From NCBI GenBank assembly GCA_000091205.1, contig AP006497.2: a DNA stretch of 64,000 bases, one strand, 5' to 3'. Position 1 is the stretch's first letter. Each line of letters opens with the position of its first letter. A program made the position numbers and the translations under genes. The notes under the pieces were generated by a model. That model searched no databases. It was given only the letters and a program-made list of their open reading frames with translations, and was not told the DNA's origin. Of this stretch, positions 1-9,600 are shown piece by piece. This DNA is from Cyanidioschyzon merolae. Lineage: Eukaryota.

Positions 1-16
1 AACGGGTATGCCAACA

Positions 17-53
17 GTGGTGCTGGTGCTGGTGCTGGTGCTGGTGCTGGTGC
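17..53. repeat. (GGTGCT)n hexanucleotide microsatellite, about 6 units
   Basis: Direct read: ggtgctggtgctggtgctggtgctggtgctggtgc at the window start. Confidence 0.9.
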
Positions 54-134
54 AACGGGACTGGAACGTCTAGGTTTCAGGGGACACGAATGCACGTTCA
101 TTAAACGTCTGTCCTTCCTGAACCGGGATACACT

Positions 135-2281
135 GTGAAAGCAAAAGCCATGTCGAGGACCACAAGGCGTTCCAATAGACGCAAGTCCGAAGCGACTGTG
201 CGGATCGCGTCTCCGCAGTCGACCCTTGTCAGAAGCAGTGCCACACCGAGTACTGGAAGCGACACCCAGCCTGATCGACAACGTACGCCCTCCATAACCA
301 GCGATCGTACGCAAGAGACGTGCAAGGAAGCAGCACGCCGCTCGCAGCAGTGGAGCGACCTGCTCAACGTCATCAGCCTCTGTCTGGCAAAGCGAACAGA
401 CCGGGTGCTCTGCTTCCTGGCGCTCCCGTTGACAGTTGTCGTTTCGCTGTGGCTGTCGCATCGGCTCGTAGTGCAAACAGCGGTTCTTTCTGCGGTGCTT
501 TGGTCTCGCGATGTACAACGCATGCAGGATGAGCTGCGGCATCTACTGGTGCTGTCGCTCTGCCTCAGCGTCTGGCGTATCCTTCGTGCTGCCTTGAACG
601 AGTTTATCGCGATTCGCTGGCGTAGGGCGCTCTCAGAAAAGCTCCATAGCATCCTGGTTGCACCAGCGAGGATTACGGCGGAGGTGTCGCAGTCGTCGTC
701 CGACGAGCACAGGGAAGCAACGCGTCCATTGACGACTGGGCTGCATCGGGGTCGCTTTCCGCTGATGAGGATTGCGTCGGAGCGAGCCTGCTGCCAATTG
801 TACGAACAAGTAACCACATCGAGTCTTCGTATGCTCAGCGTGGACCTGATTTCCCTCGTATCCGGAGGTACAGGCGGCGCTGGCGGTCTCGTGGAGAATG
901 CCGGCACCGTGTTCTGGCAGTTTGCACGGACGTATCAGCGTCTGCCGCTTCTACCGCTGCTGTTGGGTCTCGGATTCGTGCTCGGCTCCTATACGCTAAT
1001 CTGGTTACTAGCGTTTCGGGTAGAGCGCGTCAATGTTCAGCTGGATGCGGCGGAAACTGCCCTGCGAACAGAGTACATGACGCTGGTGGAGCAGGCGGAG
1101 ACACACGCCCTGCACAGCTGCGGCTGTGATGCGTTACTGGCCCTGGAAACGCATGTAGACGCGTGCTGCCGTGGGATGCGTCAACTTGGGCTGTCGCGTC
1201 TCCCTCTGGTTTTCATGCAACACATCACGGGGTACGGTAGTGCGTGGTTGGCGTACGCTGCCGCCGTTGTTGTCGTCTTGAAGCGCGCTTCCAGCGACAT
1301 CGACGAGCATGGGATCGCTTCGGGTGCTAAGGAGGAGCTCATGCGCTGGACCTCGCAGTTTATCGCGGAGCTTTTGCAGCTGCTGGGCTCGCTTGTCGGT
1401 CTTCTGCAGCTATGCACCGACATGCGCGCTCATGCTCTGCAGGCGAACCGGGTGCTTTCGCTCTGCCGCCTGGTGCACACGCGACGCGTCGCGTAGGAGG
1501 CAGCGCCCGGCCGACTCCCGAAGCTTCGCAATCCTACCTGCTTCGACTCGAGCACGTCCATCTGTCGATACCCGGAAGCGAACGGCTTCTCCTCAGAGAC
1601 CTGACTCTACATGTACATCGTGGTGAGCACACGCTCATCGAGGCACCGAGCGGTGCTGGCAAGAGCGCCTTGGTGCGAGCGCTCCGCGGTAACTGGTAGT
1701 TCCAAGTGACCGCTGATCAGCGCCCGTACTGTTTGCAGCTCCCTCGCAGTGCACTGTTCCTGAATGAGGCGTCAGGATTGCACCCCGATCGTGTCGCTTT
1801 TCGACGATCCGAATACCTGGGATACGGCTGTGCTGGAAACCTGGGCCAATGCCTGGCTGGGAGCCACACAGCACCAGCAGATCCGGAACCTATGTGGAAC
1901 GCGCTTGCACAACTGGGACTCGCAACCCAGCTCCGCTGCACCGGAGACCTGGAAAGCAACATCCATTGGCACCAGCAGTTATCACGAGTCGCACGGGTTC
2001 AGCTCAGCGTTGCTCGCGTGCTCTATCAACGACCCGCGCTCGTTGTCATGGATGATGCACTGCACGCTGTGTACAGCTGTAACAACAACAACAATGGCAT
2101 GTGTGATAATATCGAGGGCTCTGCGGACGACCTGGCTACGATGCTGCTTCGGGCCTGTTTCGCGCAGGGGATTACCGTGCTCTACCTCCGTCCTCCTGCA
2201 GACAATTGGATGTATTTATTTAAGCAGCATTCCATGATTGATGCTCGCGGAAGGTTACGGAAGCGTTGCCTGCCCGCATGA
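135..2281 (+). CDS. ABC half-transporter (TMD-NBD order, ABCD/peroxisomal-type-like). The frame is interrupted, so this is a possible pseudogene or a sequencing-error locus.
   Basis: ORF 135..1496 has several hydrophobic TM-like segments. The overlapping frame 1412..1699 carries a Walker A (IEAPSGAGKSALV). After an in-frame TAG at 1697-1699 the same frame continues (1706..2281) with a QRPYC motif, a degenerate signature (LSRVARVQLSVARVLYQRP), a Walker B (LVVMDDA) and an H-loop region (YLRPPA). All of this is colinear with ABCD-family NBDs. There is a frame shift between 1490 and 1510. Confidence 0.5.
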
Positions 2282-2893
2282 CTTGCGTGGACGCTTTCTC
2301 AGCATCTCGCGGCAGCTGCTGACAGGTGCCAGTATCGACACCAGTCGCATGCTCCGGACTCGAGACCGCCGTCCCTGAAATACACCAGAAAAAAATCGCT
2401 TCCCTTCCCGACAAGTGTAAAGCGTATACACACAAGGCGGTAGTTGATGCCTCGCATTCGACGATGGAACGGTTTACCCGGTGAGATGCCGCCTGATACA
2501 CCAGGAAGCGTCGTTTTCCTTCGGTGCGATGCAAGCAGCGCGCTGCTCTCGTTAAATAGAGCACGAAACCTCCAGAGTGCGCGCATCACCTAGGCGATAA
2601 CGTGGTCTTTTTGATCCAGGGATACGTGAAAACTGCCCTATTTGAGGTCCAGTTGCGACCTGCCCAGTTTCCAGTGCAGTGTGTAGGCTCGAACAACCAC
2701 TGTGGTGTTCCCGGCCGACTTTTCACTCAGGCCTTCCCGAATCTTCCATTCATATTCATCTATCATACCATTTTTGATCTGAAGGGAAGCACCCCCTGAT
2801 ATCCATTGCACAGCTCAAACCAATCTGCCGGATTCGGGGAAAGGTCATCGCTTCGTACCGGAGCGTTGCTATTGGAATACTGGCACCGCTTGG

Positions 2894-2924
2894 GGTGGTG
2901 GTGGTGGTGGTGGTGGTGGTGGTG
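2894..2924. repeat. (GTG)n microsatellite in the 3' flank of the tRNase Z gene
   Basis: ggtggtggtggtggtggtggtggtggtg read directly. Confidence 0.9.
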
Positions 2925-2925
2925 C

Positions 2926-5343
2926 TCAGCCCTCTGAACTCGCCAACTCAGCGTCTAATTCGGAATCAGCAATCTCCAGCGGCTCCTCGAACTCGGATGC
3001 AAACTCCGTCAGCAGCCTCTGCAGGAACAGGGACACAACGTCGCTGTTCGCGACTGCCGGCGGTGTCGTCGTCAGGGTCCTGCTTCCCGCCTGTTCGCCG
3101 TCCTTCGAAAACCAAGGCAGACGCATCAGGTCCCAGGCCAGGAGACAAGAATTCGCCTTCAACCGCTGCTGAGTCTCTGCACTCGATATCAGCGGCAGCT
3201 TTGGATAGCGCTGCGAAAAGTGGGTCAATACTGCTCGCTGTGGCTGCATGCTCTCAATGGTACCCAGAGCTTGGCCAATGGTAGAGTGCTTGCGCAACAA
3301 TGCTTCCGCTTCCTTGCCGTCCTCGAAGGTTGCTTCGTGAATCACTAGTGTCGCTCCTCGTGCAGCTGCAATGAGACCCGCATCATACGGCAGCGTATCC
3401 CCGGAATAGACGAGCTTCCACGAAGCAGCAGCTGCAGCGTTATCGCTACTCCGCGCCGTACTTGGTGCGCTTGTTGGCACAGGAAGCGCTTGCTGCTCCT
3501 TAGAGCCGTTCTGATCCCAACCGGCTGCAAGCGCGCTCTCCAAGACCAGACCGTACGCCTCAGGGCAGTGATCCACCGGCAGCGTCCTCAGATGGATACC
3601 CAGCGTCTGTGGGAAATACTCACTCAATGGAGACGTATCCGATTGCAGCAACGCAGCATTATCCAGAAAAATGTACGACATGGGCTCGAGCTCCGCCAAT
3701 GCCTCCAGCCAACGTCCCAGCAGTCGTGGTCCGAGCACCATCAGCGGCATCATCGCTGTTCCGAGTCGCTCAGATTGCGGAAGTTCCCTCGCTAGTCGCG
3801 TCCGTAACGCGACCAACGAACCAACGCCCAGATGATGATCGGCATGCATATGAGATATCCATATGCAACGCACGCGGTGCAACAGCATCGCCTTGGCAGT
3901 ATCAAGCCCGACAGCTCGAACCAGTTGACCAAAAGTGCCTTCACCGGCGTCAAGGAAGAGTGCATGATCCACGAGATCCACGAGAATCGCGCTCACATTA
4001 CGATATCGACTGGGAAGTGCGCTGCCGGTTCCCAGAAACAACACGGAATACGTCTTGGAATCGTTGTTGCTTGACGTTCGCTTGAGGGTATCCGGCTCTC
4101 GGGGAACGTTCAACCTCGACCATCCATGGTTTGCAGCAGCGTGCGATTCGGGTAACGCCCAACCAAGTGTTGTTCGCGGGGCAGCGTTGAAACGCAGGAG
4201 CGGCTGCGCAAGCTGCCATGTCGCAGGCAGTGCCGACGTAGTACGGGCTCGTGGATCCGCTGGGGCCGTCCACGGCTCGAGAAACCAGTTCCAGTCTACG
4301 AATTTGAGTCGTTCGAGCATTGCCGCTTGGCCCCGGAAGGTGATACGCTGGTTACTGAACGATTCACAGGCCACTGAGTGGTACGCGTCCGCACCGAACA
4401 CGTCCAGAGCCCACTCCTGATATTGAGGATCGCTGAACACTTCCGCACAGAGGAAATGAAAGACGCATACTGGTCGTTTTTGTCTGTGCGTTGGCGTCGA
4501 TGCAGCAAGCCGCTGAAACCATTGCTTGAGACGTTGACGACCGCTGGGTGCCTGCATCTGTGATACCAGGTCCGGGGAGGAGGCACAGAGCATCACGAGG
4601 AGTGGTCCCGGACTCGAAGGTTCCATAACGTCAGTTGGATGCACTGTTCGGCGGGTTCCATCAGGTTGCTCCACTTCAATGGACTCGCCTCTCTGAAGTC
4701 GACCGTAGAGCGGCCCCCGAGGAATCCCCAAGGCTGCTGCACGCTCGGTCACAAAACGACCCTTCTGGTCAGCGACGCGTACTGCATATGTTACGAAAAT
4801 TCGCTCAGCGACTTCGTTCTTCGACGACGAGGATAGGGCTTCCGGAACCTCCTCATCTCGTCGTTCCCCGCAGTGTCGTTTCACTTGATCCTTTTGGGTG
4901 GCCAGTGAGCGCTGCAGCTGTTCATCGACAAGCCAAGGCAACGCATACACGGCAAACAAGGGATTCTGAACGAGCGGATCTGAAGGCTCGTCCTCGCCCA
5001 GTTCGTGAACATGCAGCGGATACTGGGGTCTACTGGCAAAGCGCTTCGCCGTGGAGAGGGTTTTCTCTAGTCCCCGCGGTGCGAACATCGTCAACCCTGC
5101 ATGCCCGGCATCCGCCAGGGAAAGCATCAGACCCAGGAATCCGGCGCAGGTGTCGGCATCCAGTCTACTGAGAAAAACATGGGACAGTTTTCCCAATCGC
5201 ACTTTATACTCAATGCAGAGTCGCTGGGTGCCTTCGCTGCAGTTAAAGAGCAGCCGACGCTCTTCCGAGTGGAATACCACCGACGCTGCCGCATCAGCAG
5301 CACCGTTCCCGAGCCACTCTGCAAACGCTCGCATCAAGAACAA
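2926..5343 (-). CDS. ELAC2: tRNase Z (ribonuclease Z), long form: a pseudo-MBL N-terminal half plus a catalytic metallo-beta-lactamase C-terminal half
   Basis: A continuous 805-aa ORF. N-terminal block RLLFNCSEGTQRL...HVFLSRLDAD and mid-protein block LFLGTGSALPSRYRNVSAILV match ELAC2. Metal-binding motif is HMHADHHLG. C-terminal motifs are SGDT...HEATF and AVLTHFSQRYPK. Confidence 0.85.
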   Translation of the reverse strand: MFLMRAFAEWLGNGAADAAASVVFHSEERRLLFNCSEGTQRLCIEYKVRLGKLSHVFLSRLDADTCAGFLGLMLSLADAGHAGLTMFAPRGLEKTLSTAKRFASRPQYPLHVHELGEDEPSDPLVQNPLFAVYALPWLVDEQLQRSLATQKDQVKRHCGERRDEEVPEALSSSSKNEVAERIFVTYAVRVADQKGRFVTERAAALGIPRGPLYGRLQRGESIEVEQPDGTRRTVHPTDVMEPSSPGPLLVMLCASSPDLVSQMQAPSGRQRLKQWFQRLAASTPTHRQKRPVCVFHFLCAEVFSDPQYQEWALDVFGADAYHSVACESFSNQRITFRGQAAMLERLKFVDWNWFLEPWTAPADPRARTTSALPATWQLAQPLLRFNAAPRTTLGWALPESHAAANHGWSRLNVPREPDTLKRTSSNNDSKTYSVLFLGTGSALPSRYRNVSAILVDLVDHALFLDAGEGTFGQLVRAVGLDTAKAMLLHRVRCIWISHMHADHHLGVGSLVALRTRLARELPQSERLGTAMMPLMVLGPRLLGRWLEALAELEPMSYIFLDNAALLQSDTSPLSEYFPQTLGIHLRTLPVDHCPEAYGLVLESALAAGWDQNGSKEQQALPVPTSAPSTARSSDNAAAAASWKLVYSGDTLPYDAGLIAAARGATLVIHEATFEDGKEAEALLRKHSTIGQALGTIESMQPQRAVLTHFSQRYPKLPLISSAETQQRLKANSCLLAWDLMRLPWFSKDGEQAGSRTLTTTPPAVANSDVVSLFLQRLLTEFASEFEEPLEIADSELDAELASSEG

Positions 5344-6631
5344 GAGCTACCAACCGTTTCCAACGCGGACACTCACAGCACGCGTCCCGGAGAGTCGCTG
5401 CTGGCTCGGGTAGCGGTAGCCGCGTTAGACGCTAGTCCTGGTATGTCACCAGGCGAAGGTATCGCCGCAAAAAAAAACAACGTGCTACGCAGTCCACACA
5501 CCGTGTACTGTGAGCGCGGTTTGGGTGCTGGTCACTGTAAGGCGCGAAAATCCGGAGACTCGAGGAGCTGCTCCACAACCGCTAAACGAATGAGTACAGG
5601 GTGCGCCTCGTTGACAGCTGAGCCTTTCACCAAAGGCGCCCGCGTTCAAGCGACGTCCGGCGAGAGCGTTGTACACTTCCAGACAGAAACACCGTTCACT
5701 CGGCACTGTCGTCTGCACTTGCAATCCGGTCTAAAAGCGTCCCCGACTAACCAGAACCCTAACAAGAGACGCTGAGTGTGCCGGCAACGACGCCTTGCTG
5801 ACGACGTAGAGCCGTTGTATCGCCGCCGGCGTCCGCATTATAGGCGACGGACGTCGCAGCGATAGCCCTTAAGAGACGTGATAAGAGGAAGGAGGTTACT
5901 TTCCCGACGGGGTATCCAAGTGAGGCCTGTTTGGGTACTGTGCCGGTTCATTGGACTCGATCAAGCATCGTGATAAGAGGAAGGAGGTTACTTTCCCGAC
6001 GGGGTATCCAAGTGAGGCTTGTTTGGGTACTGTACGTGTTCATTGGACTCGATCAAGCATCGTGATACGAGTGAGGAGGTTACTTTCCCGACGGGGTATC
6101 CAAGTGAGGCTTGTTTGGGTACTGTGCCGGTTCATTGGACTCGATCAAGCATCGTGATACGAGTGAGGAGGTTACTTTCCCGACGGGGTATCCAAGTGAG
6201 GCTTGTTTGGGTACTGTACGTGTTCATTGGACTCGATCAAGCATCGTGATAAGAGGAAGGAGGTTACTTTCCCGACGGGGTATCCAAGTGAGGCTTGTTT
6301 GGGTACTGTGCCGGTTCATTGGACTCGATCAAGCATCGTGATACGAGTGAGGAGGTTACTTTCCCGGCGGGGTATCCAAGTGAGGCTTGTTTGGGTACTG
6401 TACGTGTTCATTGGACTCGATCAAGCATCGTGATACGAGTGAGGAGGTTACTTTCCCGACGGGGTATCCAAGTGAGGCTTGTTTGGGTACTGTGCCGGTT
6501 CATTGGACTCGATCAAGCATCGTGATACGAGTGAGGAGGTTACTTTCCCGACGGGGTATCCAAGTGAGGCTTGTTCAGGTGCCCTATCGATTATATCGTA
6601 TTCATCACGAATCTCTGCGGTCACTTGGAAC
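5344..6631. promoter_or_regulatory. Divergent (head-to-head) intergenic region between tRNase Z and UTP10. About 55% of it is minisatellite.
   Basis: It lies between the start codons of two oppositely oriented genes and contains an A9 run at about 5465 and the 92-bp tandem array. Confidence 0.4.
5877..6575. repeat. 92-bp tandem minisatellite, about 7.6 copies, with 184-bp higher-order structure
   Basis: Units start at 5877, 5969, 6061, 6153, 6245, 6337 and 6429, with a partial unit at 6521. The unit is cgtgataagaggaaggaggttactttcccgacggggtatccaagtgaggcttgtttgggtactgtgccggttcattggactcgatcaagcat. The subsequence tgtgccggttc versus tgtacgtgttc alternates strictly in every other unit. The subsequence aagaggaagg versus acgagtgagg follows the pattern AABBABBB. 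Confidence 0.95.
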
Positions 6632-9600
6632 ATGAGTCGGCTGCAGGAACAACTACGAATCATTCGCGAACGAGAAGAGGCACATCGCATCCTCGGAGCG
6701 AGTCGCTGTACGGTGCTGTTTCCTGACGAAACTATTGCCTCCCGAGTCTCCTGGTCCGAGTTGGCTGCGCTCGCTCGCAATGGACTCGAACAGCTCATCA
6801 AGTTCGACCAGCGGTTTGCATCATTTCTCGACAGCGACCTGTTTCACCACCGCTACGTTATCGAGGGAGCGACAGCACTTCCAGCACTCGATCGCGGCCA
6901 AGAGTCAGCAGCAGCGAACGCGGAGACCCAACAGCTCATTCAACACTTCTGTTACCTCTTGGTGCCGTATTTTACCACGAGACCTGGACAAAAGTGCGTT
7001 GAATGGCTGCTTCGTGCGCACTCAGCAGGAGCACTGGACCCCGCGTCGCTGGTGGTCGCCGCCCTGCCCTATATTGGGACGGAGGCATTTGAGCGGCTCG
7101 TTGCGGCCTTGCACCTAGCGCAGCATGGTGTAGCAAAAGTGCGCTGGCACTGGCTAGAGCGAGTACACTCCTTGGACCACCTAGTAGAACAGAGCAGCGA
7201 ACTCAACTGGTTCGTGCCGTTTCTCCTGGACACCGCAGAAGCGCTCGTGCGTGCACGCGTTTCGGCCGAGGGCTGGCATCGACTGCTTCTCTGCTATGGC
7301 AGCACGCTGGTAGCCAAACATCCGCTACGAGCCGGAAGCGTCATTCGCTTGGTTACCTTGAGCCTATCTCGTGTTGGACAGGCAGCAGAGCGCGACAAGC
7401 ATCTGTGGCAAGCGTTCTGGTATGCTGCATTAGGGATGCTGGTCGCAGCCTATCGTGCCGTCGGTGCCGCAGTCCGCAGCGATGTATTTTCGGCGACTGT
7501 ACGAGCGCTGCTGCGACTTTATGTGCGCACGCGGACATGGTATTCCGGGGACCCAGCCTGGTGTCGAAGACTCACCCTTGTACTGGCCAACCTCTATGCC
7601 GGGTCTCCGCACCAGCCGTTTCCACATGAGTGCCTGGAGACGCTCTCCAGTTGCACAGATGAATGGTATAGGGTGCTGGGAGCCTTGGATGCGTCAGAAA
7701 CGGAGTCTTTGCGCACGGCTTACAGTTTAGCGCTGTTGGAATACTGCTGGCACCAGCAGGACGCTGATGATGATTGCTGGCACCAACTGGTTGCACGCTT
7801 GCCTCCATCCCCTTCGGGATGTAGCGCTTTGATCGGGCGCCTGTTGGAACTTTTCGACGCGACAGTGGCATCGGAGTCAGCTGATGCCACTAAGGTGCAT
7901 TCTGCAGCAGATGCGCAGATGATGCGGTCACAAAGGATGATGGACGCAAGCACTGAGACGCGGGCTTCACTATCTGCAGATCATGCGAATGCGAACTTGG
8001 AGACTCCTGGCTCTCCATGCAGCGCAACCGAGATGCAAGCTCCTGCTGAATGGCATGAAACAACGTCACATGGTCCGGAAGTGTTATTATCCAAGGTGTC
8101 GTGCAAGCGGGGAGGTCGCACCACGACCCATCCACCAAGTGATTCGGACGCTGATCGGGAACGCTTCCGGTCTGCAGCACCGACGACTGAAACGGCATCT
8201 TCGACGCTTGCAGCGACGCCTTCGGGGTCACTGGACGCCAAGCATAGAGCGCAGCCTGCTGGGATGCTCCCGGGGACGCGTGCACCATCAGCGTCTGCCC
8301 TGACGAGGGCAACGGTGGAGCCTGGAGACGCCTCAGCAGCCGACGCAGCATCCGGCGCAAGAGTCGTTTCCGCAGGCATCGGGGCGGAGGCGCCTCCAGA
8401 GGATACCTCTACTGCGCCGCACTCGCTTCGTCGTCGACAGGTACCCAGCGAGGTCGCAGCGCTCGATAGATCTCAACGCATATTGCGCCCGCTGGTAGCG
8501 CATGTCGATCCGGTTACGTTCTGGGAAGCGCTCTACGCTCATGAGCGTCGTTTTCGCGGCAGGGCCAGGTCGTGGACCCTGCTGTGCGAACGCTGCATTG
8601 CGGCGAGCAGCCCGCTTCGAAGCCTGCAGCATCCGGATCCCCGAGTGCGTACTCGGACCCTCCATGCGCTCAGCCAGGCGCCATCTGCAGTACAGGAGCA
8701 GGCGCTTCCCATCATCCTGGAGCTGCTCCAACAGCCGAACGGCTTCGAGGATGATGTGCAGCGAGCTCTCTGCGCACCTGATGACGCTACTTGTGGTGAC
8801 GTATTATGGTTGCGAGATCAACTGGTGCGGGTGGGTGCTCCAGCACTCGAATCCCTCCTACCGCGCGCGATGCTTCTGTATCTGCGCGCTGTAGGGGCGT
8901 GCCCTGTACGAGCGCTCGTGCGATGCTACCGACTGGCGAGTCGGTATCGCCACGGAATGAGTGCCTCGCCAAAGGAAGCCGATGAAATTCATAGCCGTGG
9001 ATTGGCCGAGGGCGTCATTGTCTGGGAGGCAGCGTTTGAACAACTCTGTGCACACTGGAAACTAGCCCCCGAGACGAATGCCGAGCGAGCTGCACGCCGG
9101 GCAGAGCCGGCTGAAATGTGGTTCAGGCGTCTAGGCGAACGCTTTGGACGCTCCAGAGGCGCCGAGGCTTTCACTGCGCTTCTGGAGCAGCTCGTCGACT
9201 TGACGATGAATGAGGATGAGAACGGCGTTACCGCATGTACTTTGCTACTCGAATGGCTTCGCACAGGCGCTGACTTGCTCGATGAGGTGACCATTTGGCG
9301 TTTCCTGGCGAGCATTGTGCATCGACTTGCCGCTGTCCATTGGCTAGCGCCCGTGTCGCGGATACTGCACACCCTCAACGATCGACTTGCACAGACAAAG
9401 CCGATCACGGATCCAATGTTGGTTATGCCTCATGTTCAGCGGATTCTAGAGGCGATTGCTTCGGTACTGGCTCGTGCGCCGCACCCGAGTGCCATCACCG
9501 TGCTGGCGGAAACGTTCATTTGGCTGGCGACGCAATCGAGTCCCATGGAATGCGAGGCGGTGTGCTATGCCCTGCAGCTTGACACTTACCGCGAACAAGT

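Noticed and set aside
1689-1749. GT...AG intron that would splice out the in-frame TAG in the ABC NBD
   Set aside because: The donor and acceptor combinations I tested (1690..1738, 1690..1749, 1689..1706, 1690..1720) either break the downstream frame or create immediate stops. The conserved QRPYC motif is already in-frame 8 codons after the TAG, so the stop appears to be in coding sequence.
5951-6635. Series of 76-aa ORFs (MFGYC...GLDQAS), each offset by 92 bp
   Set aside because: They are the same reading frame re-opened in every unit of the 92-bp minisatellite. The repetition is at the DNA level in a promoter region, and they are not a coding tandem array.
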